DNA of 64,000 nucleotides, from positions 2,400,001 through 2,464,000 of the forward strand of contig CBDCNP010000002.1 of NCBI GenBank assembly GCA_965219415.1. The letters are read 5' to 3'. The notes beneath the pieces are model-generated. The model searched no databases, was not told the origin of the DNA, and saw only the letters and a program-made list of their open reading frames with translations. The DNA is from Candidatus Marinacidobacterales bacterium (lineage in GTDB: Bacteria > Acidobacteriota > Vicinamibacteria > Marinacidobacterales > DATDRI01). Positions 19,814-30,177 of this stretch are shown one piece after another. Both the position numbers and the translations under genes were made by a program. Each line of letters opens with the position of its first letter. Within the stretch, counting starts at the first letter, position 1.

Positions 19814-20713
19814 ATGACAGACGACGAGAGCACAAGCAATAAATCATCTGAGGAACCGGCGGAAGACATAAGTTTCGGCACTACGGTTCTCCAGTTCTTC
19901 CTGATCCCGGCGGTGGTAGTTTTTGCGTGCGTCGGACTCTTCTTGTTCTTCGGTTGGTTAGTCGCCGAGGAGAAATCGAGCGTGGATCATCTTCGCGATA
20001 TCAAGTCGGGGAGCGCGACCCGCCGCTGGCAAGCAGCCTTCGAGCTTGCGAAGCAGCTCAACAACATCGATCGGCAGGATCAGCGGGACATCGATCGGCT
20101 CGTCCCGGAGATGATCGACGCCTTTCGCGAGGCGGAGCGTGATGACCCGCGGGTCCGGCGCTACCTGGCTCTTGCCCTTGGACACGTGGGAGATCCGCAG
20201 GCGGTCCCAGTGCTCCTGGAAGCTCTCTCCGACAACGATCCGGAAACGCAAATCTACTCGATTTGGGCCTTGGGTTCCCTCGGCGATGAACGCGCGGTGG
20301 AGGCGCTCTTGGAGCTCGCGCAATCCGCCGATCCCGGGATCCGGAAGATGGCGGTCTACAGTCTGGGAACCCTAGGCGCCGAGGAAGCACGCATCACTCT
20401 CCAAGCGGCTCTCGGAGATTACGAAATGGATGTGGCCTGGAACGCGGCCATCGCCCTTGCGAAACTAGGTGACGACTCCGGTCGAGACCGGATCTTTCAG
20501 ATGCTCGATCGGGAGTTTCTGGGCTCGGTGGGGGACATGAGTGGGGAGCAGCGCAGCGAGGCGATGTTGAATGCGATGAAGGGCGCGGTGCTTCTAAAGG
20601 ATCCGTCGTTCCGGCCGAGCCTAGAGGAGATTTCGGACCAAGACCCCGATCTGAAGGTCAGACAGGCGGCCTTCGAAGCCCTGAGCCAGCTCGATAAACT
20701 ACTTGGAGAGTAG
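19814..20713 (+). CDS. Membrane-anchored HEAT-repeat protein
   Basis: One N-terminal TM helix, then repeats such as ALGHVGDPQAVPVLLEALSD and ALGSLGDERAVEALLE. Confidence 0.8.
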   Translation: MTDDESTSNKSSEEPAEDISFGTTVLQFFLIPAVVVFACVGLFLFFGWLVAEEKSSVDHLRDIKSGSATRRWQAAFELAKQLNNIDRQDQRDIDRLVPEMIDAFREAERDDPRVRRYLALALGHVGDPQAVPVLLEALSDNDPETQIYSIWALGSLGDERAVEALLELAQSADPGIRKMAVYSLGTLGAEEARITLQAALGDYEMDVAWNAAIALAKLGDDSGRDRIFQMLDREFLGSVGDMSGEQRSEAMLNAMKGAVLLKDPSFRPSLEEISDQDPDLKVRQAAFEALSQLDKLLGE

Positions 20714-20748
20714 GGGTTCCGCCGGCCCTTTCGTGGGTGCGAGAAACC

Positions 20749-20778
20749 TTGACAGCTTTCTCGTGGGGCGAATACAAT
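20749..20778 (+). promoter_or_regulatory. sigma70-type promoter of the Rieske/b-oxidase operon
   Basis: TTGACA-18 bp-TACAAT. Confidence 0.65.
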
Positions 20779-20911
20779 TGGTGTTGGCGCGGAGCTTCCG
20801 CGCTCTTGTCTTGTTCTGGGCTAAATGCGAGGGACACCGGGGGCCAGGCGAGCAGCCTCAGCTCTGGTTTCCAGACACAAGTAAGAACGAGTAGCGCGAG
20901 TAAGGTTGATC

Positions 20912-21463
20912 ATGGCAGACGAGCAAAAGGATAGTAAGCCGGCTGAGTCCAAAAAGCCGGCCAAGTCCAAAGAGGTAAGCCGCCGCGGGTTCATCATCAA
21001 CTGGCTCGCGATGGCCTGGACCTTTTTCGCCGCCGCCGTCGCGACCGGCGGAATCGCGATGGGACGTTTCTTCTTCCCGAACGTACTGACCGAAGAACCT
21101 TCGACATTCAAGATCGGTTTTCCCGGTGATTTCGCCATCGGGGCAGTCGATGTGCGTTTCAAAGAAAAGTATCGGGTGTGGATCGTTCGAAACGACGACG
21201 GCATCTACGCTATTCAGGCTATCTGCACCCACCTGGGGTGCACACCGAACTGGCTCGAGGCGGAGAACAAGTTCAAGTGCCCGTGTCACGGGAGCGGCTT
21301 CTACTCGAGCGGCATCAACTTCGAGGGGCCTGCACCACGTCCTCTCGAGCGGGTCAAGGTTGGTCTGGCAGACGATGGGCAAGTTCTCGTTGACAAGAGT
21401 CGCACTTTCAAGTTCGAGGCCGGGCAGTGGGAAGATCCCGAGTCGTTCCTCACTTTTGCGTAG
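20912..21463 (+). CDS. qcrA: Rieske [2Fe-2S] subunit of a Rieske/cytochrome b complex
   Basis: Tat motif SRRGFI, CTHLGC, CPCHGS and GPAPRPL. Confidence 0.93.
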   Translation: MADEQKDSKPAESKKPAKSKEVSRRGFIINWLAMAWTFFAAAVATGGIAMGRFFFPNVLTEEPSTFKIGFPGDFAIGAVDVRFKEKYRVWIVRNDDGIYAIQAICTHLGCTPNWLEAENKFKCPCHGSGFYSSGINFEGPAPRPLERVKVGLADDGQVLVDKSRTFKFEAGQWEDPESFLTFA

Positions 21464-21579
21464 ATGCATCTACATGCTGCTGAACGCGGGGCTTACCTGG
21501 CCTGCGCGGTGGTTCACACTTCGTCCCCTTGCATTGAGTTGCCAAGACGGATGAACGCGGACTCTAAGAGGGGTTTCTA

Positions 21580-22377
21580 GTGCAGAAAGTACAAGCCTTC
21601 TTTGCGGACATCTGGAAGACGACGACCGACTCCCAGATTTGGAAATCCATCTTTCGACACGGGGCGCCCACCAGCAACCGCAACCGCGTCCTGGTGGTGA
21701 TGAGCAACGTCTTCCTTCACCTCCATCCGGTCAAGTCCCGCAAGGCCGGAATCAAGCTTCGCTATACATGGTGTATGGGCGGGATCACGTTCTTCCTGTT
21801 CCTAGTGCTCACGTTCACCGGATTGTTGCTGATGTTCTACTACCGGCCGACCGTCGAGTACGCTTACGCCGACATCGTGGACCTCCGCGAGCACGTGCCT
21901 CTCGGTATCATGCGAGAGATTCATCGCTGGGGCGCACACGCCATGGTGATCACCGTTTGGCTCCATATGTTTCGCGTCTTCATGACCGGCTCCTACAAGC
22001 CACCCCGCGAGTTCAACTGGGGAATCGGGGTGGTGTTACTGGTTCTCACCTTGCTGCTCTCCTTCACCGGTTACCTTCTTCCCTGGGATCAGCTGGCCAT
22101 CTGGGCGATCACCGTGGGCTCCAATATGGCACGCGCGACTCCATTGCTCGGGCATGAAGGACCCCTAGCGGCACAGTTGAAACTAGGGGAAATTAGCCTG
22201 GTGCACGCTGGAAATGACGCACGTTTCGCTCTTCTAGGTAGTCGAGTGGTGGGGGATAGCACGCTGCTGCGCTTCTACGTGCTCCACTGTGTGGGCTTGC
22301 CACTCGCTGCGGCGTTCTTAATGGCGGTTCATTTTTGGCGGGTCCGTAAGGACGGAGGCATATCCGGACCCATGTAG
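21580..22377 (+). CDS. qcrB: Cytochrome b, N-terminal (b6-like) subunit
   Basis: Four heme-b His (HRWGAH..LHMFR; LHCV..VHFW), [15 protein letters not shown] (heme ci Cys position) and terminal GGISGPM. Confidence 0.92.
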   Translation: MQKVQAFFADIWKTTTDSQIWKSIFRHGAPTSNRNRVLVVMSNVFLHLHPVKSRKAGIKLRYTWCMGGITFFLFLVLTFTGLLLMFYYRPTVEYAYADIVDLREHVPLGIMREIHRWGAHAMVITVWLHMFRVFMTGSYKPPREFNWGIGVVLLVLTLLLSFTGYLLPWDQLAIWAITVGSNMARATPLLGHEGPLAAQLKLGEISLVHAGNDARFALLGSRVVGDSTLLRFYVLHCVGLPLAAAFLMAVHFWRVRKDGGISGPM

Positions 22378-22441
22378 GTCATGAGGGTCTCAGGACCTCG
22401 TTTGACCGACGTGGCTAATCGGGAGCCCTTAGGCTGAGCTC

Positions 22442-23563
22442 ATGGAACTAGACATCATGTCGGAAATCAAGGGTTTCATCAATTACATCTCTGGGCCGAC
22501 TGTACTCTTCACGCTCACGATCATCGGCTTCGGACTTTCTCTCTACTACACGAAAGTGTGGAGCAAGAAGGCGGGTCTCATCGCCCTCGTCGCGTCGCTG
22601 GTGTTTTTCATTCTCAGCCTCTTCGATCCTAACTTCTGGCTCATCGTCGCCAAGCCCGACAACGTCCCGATTTCGGCGATGTTGTTCCTGGTGGGTTTCT
22701 TCACCTGGTTTGCGATGTACCAGGGCGTCGAGAACGACAAGCGCATCGCTGGTGGCGCAGAGCCCCTCGAAAAGGAGCAGGCGGAGAAGGTCTGGGTATG
22801 GCCCGACCTCGTCTACACCGAGCTCATCTGCCTGGTCATCGTCAGCATCGTCCTCGTCGTGTGGTCGATCTTCCTATTGGCTCCCATCGAGCAGCCGGCG
22901 AACCCTGCTGACTCCCCCAACCCATCGAAAGCACCTTGGTACTTCTTGGGCCTTCAGGAGATGCTGGTTTACTTCGATCCGTGGTTGGCAGGAGTCGTCT
23001 ACCCGACTCTGATCATCATCGGATTGATGGCGATCCCCTTTATTGATACCAACCCGAAAGGGAACGGCTACTTCACTTGGAAGGAACGAAGGGCGGAGAT
23101 CACGCTCTTCCTGTTCGGGTTCTTGGTTCTTTGGACTCTGATGGTCGTCTCGGGCACGTTTCTAAGAGGCCCCAACTGGAACTTCTTCGGTCCGTACGAA
23201 TATTGGGATCTGCACCGAGTCGAGCCGCTGCTGAACGTGAACGTTTCCGATTTCTTCTGGGTGAAGCTGCTCAGTCGGCCCCTGCCAGGAAACCCCTTCA
23301 TCCGCGAGATCTGGGGGATTCTGGTGACCCTCTTCTACCTCTTCGTGCTCCCGGTTCTCCTGGCCCAGCCGAGCGACAAACTGCCGCGTTGGCTGCGCTG
23401 GATGAGCCTCAACAAGTACTACGAGAAGATGGGACCGACTCGCTTCTACGTGGGAGTGTTGCTGTTCCTCCTCATGGTGAGTTTGCCCATCAAGATGTAT
23501 CTGAGGTGGGCGTTCAATCTGAAGTACATCGTGGCATTCCCCGAAGTCTTTTTCAACATCTAG
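22442..23563 (+). CDS. Cytochrome b subunit IV (PetD-like) with extra TM helices
   Basis: VWPDLVY..PANPADSPNPSKAPWYF (PEWY-equivalent), PFIDTNP and LRGPNWNFF. Confidence 0.85.
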   Translation: MELDIMSEIKGFINYISGPTVLFTLTIIGFGLSLYYTKVWSKKAGLIALVASLVFFILSLFDPNFWLIVAKPDNVPISAMLFLVGFFTWFAMYQGVENDKRIAGGAEPLEKEQAEKVWVWPDLVYTELICLVIVSIVLVVWSIFLLAPIEQPANPADSPNPSKAPWYFLGLQEMLVYFDPWLAGVVYPTLIIIGLMAIPFIDTNPKGNGYFTWKERRAEITLFLFGFLVLWTLMVVSGTFLRGPNWNFFGPYEYWDLHRVEPLLNVNVSDFFWVKLLSRPLPGNPFIREIWGILVTLFYLFVLPVLLAQPSDKLPRWLRWMSLNKYYEKMGPTRFYVGVLLFLLMVSLPIKMYLRWAFNLKYIVAFPEVFFNI

Positions 23564-23590
23564 GGCCAATGAGGGAAGAGTAGGAGAATC

Positions 23591-26389
23591 GTGGGTAAAG
23601 AAGCTCCCGGACACGCGCACGATATCAGTGGACTGAACGTCGTCTTCGCTATCACTAGTATTGCGCTCTTCATTACAACCGTGTGGATGATCTGGCATGA
23701 CTATTCGCGGGAGTGGAAGGGCTACCAACGAACGTTTTCGAAGCTGGAGCGCGAGACGACCCGGTCTCAGTTCGATGAGGCGCAGGCCGCCTTGGATCAA
23801 GACAAGCTGCAAGCGCTCGAGGAAGAGTTGCAGGCTGCCAACGACGCGCTTTTTCGAAACAAAGAGGGAGTGGACGAGCTCGAGGCGAAGCGCAAGGAGA
23901 TGGCGGACGAGAGGTACCTGGTCGATATCACGGAACGAGAGCTCAAGTCCGTGTACGACTCCAAGAAGTTTTACTACGAGGAGGGCGAGCACGCGCCGGC
24001 CGGGAAGGGTGTGAGCCAGGGAGAATTCGAGGCGCTGAAAGACGAATTTTTGACCGCCCGCGAAAAACGGATCGCCTTGGACTACGAGCTCGAGATCGCG
24101 GACAAAGAGCTCCGTGAGACTCGAGCCGAACGGACTCGGATAGAAGGCGAGCGGAAATCGCTCACCGAGCGTATCGATCTCCTCAATCGCAAGATGGATA
24201 CCATCGCGGTCAACTTTCCCAACGTTTTCCGGAACCTCCCCATCGTCGACTTCATCGACCCTTCGATCGAGATCAAGCAGGTCTTGGTCAAGAACGTGAC
24301 CGAAGATCTGAACTTCATCCAAGTACCGAGGGTGGATCGGTGCATGACCTGCCATCTCGGGATCGACAACCCGGACTATGCGGACGCGCCACAACCCTAC
24401 CGTACTCACCCGAACCTGGATCTCTACGTGAACCGAGAGTCACCCCACCCACTCGATGGTTTTGGTTGTACCGGGTGTCACAACGGTCGTGGCCGTGCGG
24501 CGGCGTTCGGCCGCGTAACCCATACTCCACGGGACGACGTCCAGAAGGTCGAGTGGGAGGAAAAGTACGATTGGGAGGCGGACCATTACTGGGACAAGCC
24601 GATGTACCCGGCGGATTTTTCCGAGTCGGGATGCCTCAAGTGCCATACGAGTACCGTCCACGTCCCCAAGGCCGACTCGTTCAATCGAGGTCGTGATCTC
24701 TACGAGAAGGCGGGCTGCTGGGGTTGTCACAACACCCGTGGGTTCGAGGATCGCCGCAAGGTAGGTCCCAACCTCGCGCACGTAGTGTCCAAGACGACAC
24801 CCGAGTGGGCGGCGCGGTGGGTCAAGAATCCCAAGAGCTTCAAGCCGTCGACGTTCATGCCACGTTTTTGGGATCTGGACAACAATCTGGACGCCGATGT
24901 CGGCGCCCGCAATAACACCGAAGTGGCCGCTATCGTTGCCTACCTCTTCGACAAGGCGGAGTCGATCGACTACCCGCGACCCGTACCCGCCGGAAGCGCC
25001 GATCGTGGACAGCAACTCGTCGAGTCCGTCGGTTGTCTTGGTTGTCACATCACGGATGAGTCCGAAGCGGCAGATGTTTCACTGCTGCGTCGTCACGGGC
25101 CGAGCCTGGCCGGACTGGGAAGCAAGGTCAATGGGAAGTTCTTGTTCAATTGGCTCAAGAACCCCAAACACTATTGGCCCGAGACCTTCATGCCCAATCT
25201 CCGGTTGACGGATCGGGAAGCTGGCGACATTAGTGCCTACTTGTTATCGCTCAAGAACCCCGAGTTCGAGCAATTGCCAGTCCCCGCGCCGGACGCCGCT
25301 GCACTCGACGAGGTCACTCTGGAGTTCTTGCGGACGAAACTGCCAGACCAGGTGGCCCAGGAACGATTGGGCGGGATGTCCGAGAAAGAGAAGCTTACCT
25401 TTTCCGGGGAAAGCCTCATTCGTCGTTACGGCTGCTTCGGATGCCACGACATCGGCGGGTTCGAGAACGCCCAGAAGATCGGCGTCGATTTGTCCGACTG
25501 GGGCTCCAAGATGGTGACCCGGCTAGACTTTGGATACATCCACATCGACCATACGCGACGCGCATGGCTAGAACAGAAATTGAAAGTGCCGCGCAGTTTC
25601 GATCGAGGAAAGGTCAAGGCTCCGCAAGAAAAACTGCGCATGGGCAACTTCGGTTTCAGCGACGAGCAGGTGAGAGACATCGCGATGAGCGTGCTCGCGC
25701 AGGTGCGCGACGAGTTTCCCTTGGAAGCCGTCAAGAGGCTCGATGCCAACGAGGCGGTCGCGGAGCGGGGTCGCCGCCTTATCCACGAGTACAACTGCAA
25801 GGGGTGCCACATCATCGACGGCGAGGGGGGTGCCATCTACGACACCATCGAAGATGAAGGAATGCGCCCGCCCAATCTGAACACCCAGGGACTCAAGACA
25901 CAAGGCAACTGGCTCTTCCATTTCCTTAAAGAGCCCTCCACGGTTCGCTTCTGGCTCAACGCCCGCATGCCGACGTTCGAGTTCAACGATGAACAAGCAA
26001 ATACATTAGTGCGCGGCTTCATGGCGATGGAAGACGCGGATCCTTATGAGACCGAGGATCAATCGGTGGATCCGGTGATGCTGTCCCAAGGTCGCGAGCT
26101 GCTGGCCCGCCTACGCTGCGAGCAATGTCACATCCCCTCCGCGGTAGGGACGATGTCCGCGTCTCAGTTGGCGCCCAGTTTTCGGCTCGCGCCGGAAAGA
26201 CTGCGGCCCGAGTGGGTCGTGAAATGGATGGCCGACCCACAGACGATAGCGCCCGGAACGCAAATGCCGCAGTTTTGGCCCGTCGATGACGAGGGAAATA
26301 TTCTTACTCCGGTTCCTGAGTATCTGGATGGCGATCCCATGAAGCAGATGGAGGCGGTTGCCATCTACCTGTCGCGGTATGGCCGATAA
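23591..26389 (+). CDS. Membrane-anchored octaheme cytochrome c with coiled-coil stalk
   Basis: N-terminal TM, long charged helical segment and eight CxxCH motifs (CMTCH, CTGCH, CLKCH, CWGCH, CLGCH, CFGCH, CKGCH, CEQCH). Confidence 0.9.
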   Translation: MGKEAPGHAHDISGLNVVFAITSIALFITTVWMIWHDYSREWKGYQRTFSKLERETTRSQFDEAQAALDQDKLQALEEELQAANDALFRNKEGVDELEAKRKEMADERYLVDITERELKSVYDSKKFYYEEGEHAPAGKGVSQGEFEALKDEFLTAREKRIALDYELEIADKELRETRAERTRIEGERKSLTERIDLLNRKMDTIAVNFPNVFRNLPIVDFIDPSIEIKQVLVKNVTEDLNFIQVPRVDRCMTCHLGIDNPDYADAPQPYRTHPNLDLYVNRESPHPLDGFGCTGCHNGRGRAAAFGRVTHTPRDDVQKVEWEEKYDWEADHYWDKPMYPADFSESGCLKCHTSTVHVPKADSFNRGRDLYEKAGCWGCHNTRGFEDRRKVGPNLAHVVSKTTPEWAARWVKNPKSFKPSTFMPRFWDLDNNLDADVGARNNTEVAAIVAYLFDKAESIDYPRPVPAGSADRGQQLVESVGCLGCHITDESEAADVSLLRRHGPSLAGLGSKVNGKFLFNWLKNPKHYWPETFMPNLRLTDREAGDISAYLLSLKNPEFEQLPVPAPDAAALDEVTLEFLRTKLPDQVAQERLGGMSEKEKLTFSGESLIRRYGCFGCHDIGGFENAQKIGVDLSDWGSKMVTRLDFGYIHIDHTRRAWLEQKLKVPRSFDRGKVKAPQEKLRMGNFGFSDEQVRDIAMSVLAQVRDEFPLEAVKRLDANEAVAERGRRLIHEYNCKGCHIIDGEGGAIYDTIEDEGMRPPNLNTQGLKTQGNWLFHFLKEPSTVRFWLNARMPTFEFNDEQANTLVRGFMAMEDADPYETEDQSVDPVMLSQGRELLARLRCEQCHIPSAVGTMSASQLAPSFRLAPERLRPEWVVKWMADPQTIAPGTQMPQFWPVDDEGNILTPVPEYLDGDPMKQMEAVAIYLSRYGR

Positions 26390-26438
26390 AGACGCCAAAC
26401 GCCGCTAATTTTGGTGTCCAAACAGACGAGGTCATCGC

Positions 26439-27254
26439 ATGGCATCTAATTCCAATCAATCGACCGTAGGGCTCGCGATGGCGAGTGTCATCTGGCTCAT
26501 CGTGGGCGTGTCGGTGGCATTCTTTTTCAAATGGGGCGTGCCGGAACTGGCCTCCGACCGAGTCGGGTTGGACAATCTGTACTACGTGATTCTTGGCATC
26601 ACCGGGGTGGCGTACGTTATCGTCCAGTGCCTGCTCGGATACTACATTTGGAAGTTCTCCGATCTGCCTGGTGCGGAAGGAAGCGACTGGCAAGAGAGCC
26701 ACAAGATGGAGGTCGCGTGGACCATCGGAACCGCAGCCATCCTGATCCCGATCGTCTTGGTGGGGCTCAGATTGTGGAACGGAGTCTATTCCCCACCTCC
26801 CGATGATGCGATCGAGGTCGAGGTAACCGGCGCGCAATTCCAATGGGACATGCGCTACGCAGGGCCCGACGGCGTCTTCGGCCGCCGCCGCCCGGAGCTG
26901 ATTTCGCTCGAGAATCTCCTGGGTGTCGACCCCGACGACCCGGCTTCCGCCGACGACTTCTGTTTAACGAACCAGCTCGCGCTTCCCGTCGATCGTCCAG
27001 CGGTCCTACACCTTCGATCCAAGGACATGCAACACAGTTTCTTTTTGCCCCAACACCGTGTCAAGCAAGACCTCCAGCCAGGGATGAGCATCATCACCTG
27101 GTTCGTCCCCACCAAGGTGGGTGACTTCGAGATCGCCTGTGCGGAACTGTGTGGGTTGGGCCACTACCGCATGCGCGGGTTCCTGACGGTGATGGAGCAA
27201 GGCGACTACGAGAATTGGCTGACCGAGCAACCTGAGATAGGCCCCTGCACTTGA
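26439..27254 (+). CDS. coxB: Cytochrome c oxidase subunit II
   Basis: QFQW, DMQHSF and the CuA motif CAELCGLGHYRM; no fused cytochrome c domain. Confidence 0.95.
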   Translation: MASNSNQSTVGLAMASVIWLIVGVSVAFFFKWGVPELASDRVGLDNLYYVILGITGVAYVIVQCLLGYYIWKFSDLPGAEGSDWQESHKMEVAWTIGTAAILIPIVLVGLRLWNGVYSPPPDDAIEVEVTGAQFQWDMRYAGPDGVFGRRRPELISLENLLGVDPDDPASADDFCLTNQLALPVDRPAVLHLRSKDMQHSFFLPQHRVKQDLQPGMSIITWFVPTKVGDFEIACAELCGLGHYRMRGFLTVMEQGDYENWLTEQPEIGPCT

Positions 27255-27259
27255 GCCGC

Positions 27260-27470
27260 GCGTGGGGGTGGGGCCCCGCGAGGATATTTAAGCGGCCCGT
27301 AAGGGCCGCCGGCCAGGAGGAATTGAGTAATTGAGAAGAAGTGCTCAAGGGAATCTGGCCGGGTTTTTAGGCGCGAGCGCCGAGCGTGGGCGGCCCGTGT
27401 CGGCCGCCAAATTACGGGTTGCTTTGACCGGGGCTAGCCAGGCGGCGGTGGGGCCCCGTGCGCATTAATA
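27260..27470. repeat. Pair of GGTGGGGCCCCG GC-rich repeats
   Basis: GGTGGGGCCCCG occurs at about 27268 and 27447, with a related GGGTGGGGCCCGCG at about 52813. Confidence 0.45.
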
Positions 27471-27484
27471 GAAGGAGATAGAAC

Positions 27485-29245
27485 ATGAGCGACGCTCATG
27501 ACCATGAGCCCCAGAGCTTCATAAGTAAGTACGTCTTTAGCTTCGATCACAAGATGATCGGCAAGCAGTACTTGATCCTCGCGATGTCCATGGCCGTGAT
27601 CGGGGGCTTACTGGCCATGTTGATCCGCCTCCAGCTCGGTTGGCCGGGAACGCAATGGCCGATCCTCGGCAGTCTCATGCCCGTCGGAATGGCGAGCGGC
27701 GTGATGACCCCGGAGTTCTATGTCTCGCTCTTCACCATGCATGGCACCATCATGGTCTTCTTCGTTCTGTCGCTGGCTCCGGTGAGTGGATTCGGGAACC
27801 TTCTCATCCCACTCCAGATCGGTGCCCGGGACATGGCCTTCCCCTTTCTGAACATGCTCTCGTTCTGGACCGTTGTGCCGGGGGCCCTCATCATTATTGT
27901 TTCTTTCTTTGTGACCGGAGGCGCCGCCGCATCCGGGTGGACCGCCTACCCGCCCTTGAGCGCTGTGAAAGCCGCCATACCGGGCTCTCAACTCGGCCAG
28001 ACACTGTGGATCGTCGGTATGGTGTTCTTTATCGCCGCTTTCACAATGGGCGGGCTCAACTTCGTGGTCACGATCCTCAACTTGAGGACCAAGGGCCTGT
28101 CGATGTTGCGGCTTCCGTTGACAACATGGGCCCAGTTTCTCGTGGGCGTTTTGGGATTGCTATCTTTTCCAGCTTTGGCGGCGGGCGGTATACTGCTTCT
28201 CTTCGACCGCCACGCCGGCACGAGCTTTTTCCTTCCCGCCGGAATGTATGTCGCCGATCAACTGTTGCCCAACCAGGGGGGGACACCGTTGCTCTGGCAG
28301 CACCTTTTTTGGTTTCTAGGCCATCCCGAGGTGTACATCATCATGCTCCCGGCTTTGGGATTCACCTCGGACATTCTGGCCGCCGGCGCCCGACGCCCCA
28401 TCTTCGGCTATCGATCGATGGTCTACGCCATGATCTCCATCGCCACCTTGAGCTTCTTGGTTTGGGGGCATCACATGTTCTTGAGCGGCATGAGCCCGTT
28501 CCTGGGAAGTGTGTTCGTGACGACCACGCTGGCGATTGCCATCCCATCCGCGGTCAAGGTCTTCAATTGGCTGGCCACGTTGTGGAAGGCGAGGATACGT
28601 TTCAGCACACCCATGCTCTTCGCGCTGGCCATTGTGTCACTCTTCGTGACCGGTGGCCTTACAGGCGTCTTCCTGGGCACGAACGCCGTCGACATTCAGC
28701 TACACGATACTTACTTCGTGGTGGCCCACTTCCACTTCATCATGGCCGGTGCGGGACTCTTCGGAGCACTCGCCGCGACCTACTTTTGGTACCCGAAGAT
28801 GTACGGCCGGCATATGAGCGAAAAGTGGGGGAAGGTGCACTTCTGGCTCACGTTCATCACGTACTACGGAACCTTTTTCCCAATGCACTACCTAGGAATC
28901 TCGGGGATGATACGGCGCATTTATGACCCGAACGTCTATCAGTATCTACAACCGCTGCAACCGGTAAACACCTTTATCACCATCAGCGCCTTCATCCTCG
29001 GAGCCGCCCAGCTGATTTTCTTGGCAAACTTTTTCCTGAGCATCTACAAGGGCAAGAAGGCCGAGGCCAATCCTTGGGAAAGTAACACTATCGAGTGGTC
29101 GACGCCGGTACCACCCGGGCACGGCAATTGGGAAGGCGACATACCCGAGGTCCACCGCGGGCCCTATGAGTACAACGTGCCCGGGGCGAAGGAAGACCAC
29201 GTACCGCAGTGGGCGGCTCCGGTCAAAGCGGAGACCAAGGGTTAG
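27485..29245 (+). CDS. coxA: Cytochrome c oxidase subunit I (A1 type)
   Basis: DHKMIG, MHGTIM, GARDMAFP (D channel), GHPEVY, WGHH, AIPSAVK (K channel) and VAHFH. Confidence 0.97.
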   Translation: MSDAHDHEPQSFISKYVFSFDHKMIGKQYLILAMSMAVIGGLLAMLIRLQLGWPGTQWPILGSLMPVGMASGVMTPEFYVSLFTMHGTIMVFFVLSLAPVSGFGNLLIPLQIGARDMAFPFLNMLSFWTVVPGALIIIVSFFVTGGAAASGWTAYPPLSAVKAAIPGSQLGQTLWIVGMVFFIAAFTMGGLNFVVTILNLRTKGLSMLRLPLTTWAQFLVGVLGLLSFPALAAGGILLLFDRHAGTSFFLPAGMYVADQLLPNQGGTPLLWQHLFWFLGHPEVYIIMLPALGFTSDILAAGARRPIFGYRSMVYAMISIATLSFLVWGHHMFLSGMSPFLGSVFVTTTLAIAIPSAVKVFNWLATLWKARIRFSTPMLFALAIVSLFVTGGLTGVFLGTNAVDIQLHDTYFVVAHFHFIMAGAGLFGALAATYFWYPKMYGRHMSEKWGKVHFWLTFITYYGTFFPMHYLGISGMIRRIYDPNVYQYLQPLQPVNTFITISAFILGAAQLIFLANFFLSIYKGKKAEANPWESNTIEWSTPVPPGHGNWEGDIPEVHRGPYEYNVPGAKEDHVPQWAAPVKAETKG

Positions 29246-29248
29246 CGC

Positions 29249-30175
29249 GTGAGAGAAGCCGTCGAGCTCGAAGCGACCGAACGCACTCACGAGCAGGGTG
29301 TCCTCGGCGCCATCGCACAGAAGCTGGGCGACTATTTCGTCCTCTCGAAGGCGAGGCTGTCCCTGTTGGTGCTTTCCTCGGGTCTCGTCGGATTTTGGCT
29401 TGCCTCGGGGGCATCACCCAACTTCGCGAAGCTGAGTCTCTTCGGGGTGGGTGCGCTGCTCGTTATTGCCGGGGCGAATGCCTACAACGAAGTCGCCGAG
29501 CGCGATCAAGACCGACTCATGGAACGGACCGCTCGACGACCGCTGCCCGCCGGCCGGATGAGCGTACGGGAGGCCACGGTGGCGGCAAGCTTGATGTCGG
29601 CTGCGGGGTTGGGCACTCTCCTGTGGTCCACGAACGTCCTCACCGCTACGCTGGCGGTGCTGGCATTGGTTGTTTACGTCTTCGTCTACACGCCCCTCAA
29701 GCGGGTGACGCACTGGTCGACATTTGCGGGGGCCCTCTCCGGCGCCATTCCCACTTTGATGGGTTGGAGTGCGGTAACGAACGGACTCGGGCAGCCGGCG
29801 TGGATCCTCTTCGGGATCCTTTTTCTTTGGCAATTCCCCCACACCTGGGCCATCGCATCGACCTATAGGGAGGACTACGCTCGGGTCGGGCATCGGGTGC
29901 TGCCTTTGGTCGATGCCAGAGGCATCAGTACACGGGCGCAGATGATCGCTTTTTGTCTGGCCTTGATAGCGGTCAGCGTTTTGCCCTCGGCCACCGGAGT
30001 CGCGGGGTCGAGCTACTTGGTCGGCGCGCTCGTCATGGGTCTCGTCCTACTTGGTTACGCTATTCGTTTCGGCGCGGGGCGCTCGCGTAGATTGGCTATC
30101 CAACTGATGGCAGCCACTCTTGTCTACATGCCGGTGCTGCTGACGTTGCTCGTTCTCGACAAGCGGAGCTTCTGA
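29249..30175 (+). CDS. ctaB: Protoheme IX farnesyltransferase (heme O synthase)
   Basis: ERDQDRLMERTARRPLPAG, YTPLKR, WQFPH and YREDYA motifs. Confidence 0.93.
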   Translation: MREAVELEATERTHEQGVLGAIAQKLGDYFVLSKARLSLLVLSSGLVGFWLASGASPNFAKLSLFGVGALLVIAGANAYNEVAERDQDRLMERTARRPLPAGRMSVREATVAASLMSAAGLGTLLWSTNVLTATLAVLALVVYVFVYTPLKRVTHWSTFAGALSGAIPTLMGWSAVTNGLGQPAWILFGILFLWQFPHTWAIASTYREDYARVGHRVLPLVDARGISTRAQMIAFCLALIAVSVLPSATGVAGSSYLVGALVMGLVLLGYAIRFGAGRSRRLAIQLMAATLVYMPVLLTLLVLDKRSF

Positions 30176-30177
30176 AG

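Noticed and set aside
23162-24409. 415-aa antisense ORF over the cytochrome genes (also 11486-12280, 51772-52563, 56606-57637)
   Set aside because: Antisense mirrors of well-supported genes, caused by codon bias; no independent motifs.
27410-27420. AATTACGGGTT shared with the 4469-4508 hairpin
   Set aside because: A single 11-bp match without the partner arm; compatible with chance.
27640-28926. 428-aa alternative-frame ORF inside coxA
   Set aside because: Arg/Pro-rich shadow frame with no motifs; expected in GC-rich coding DNA.
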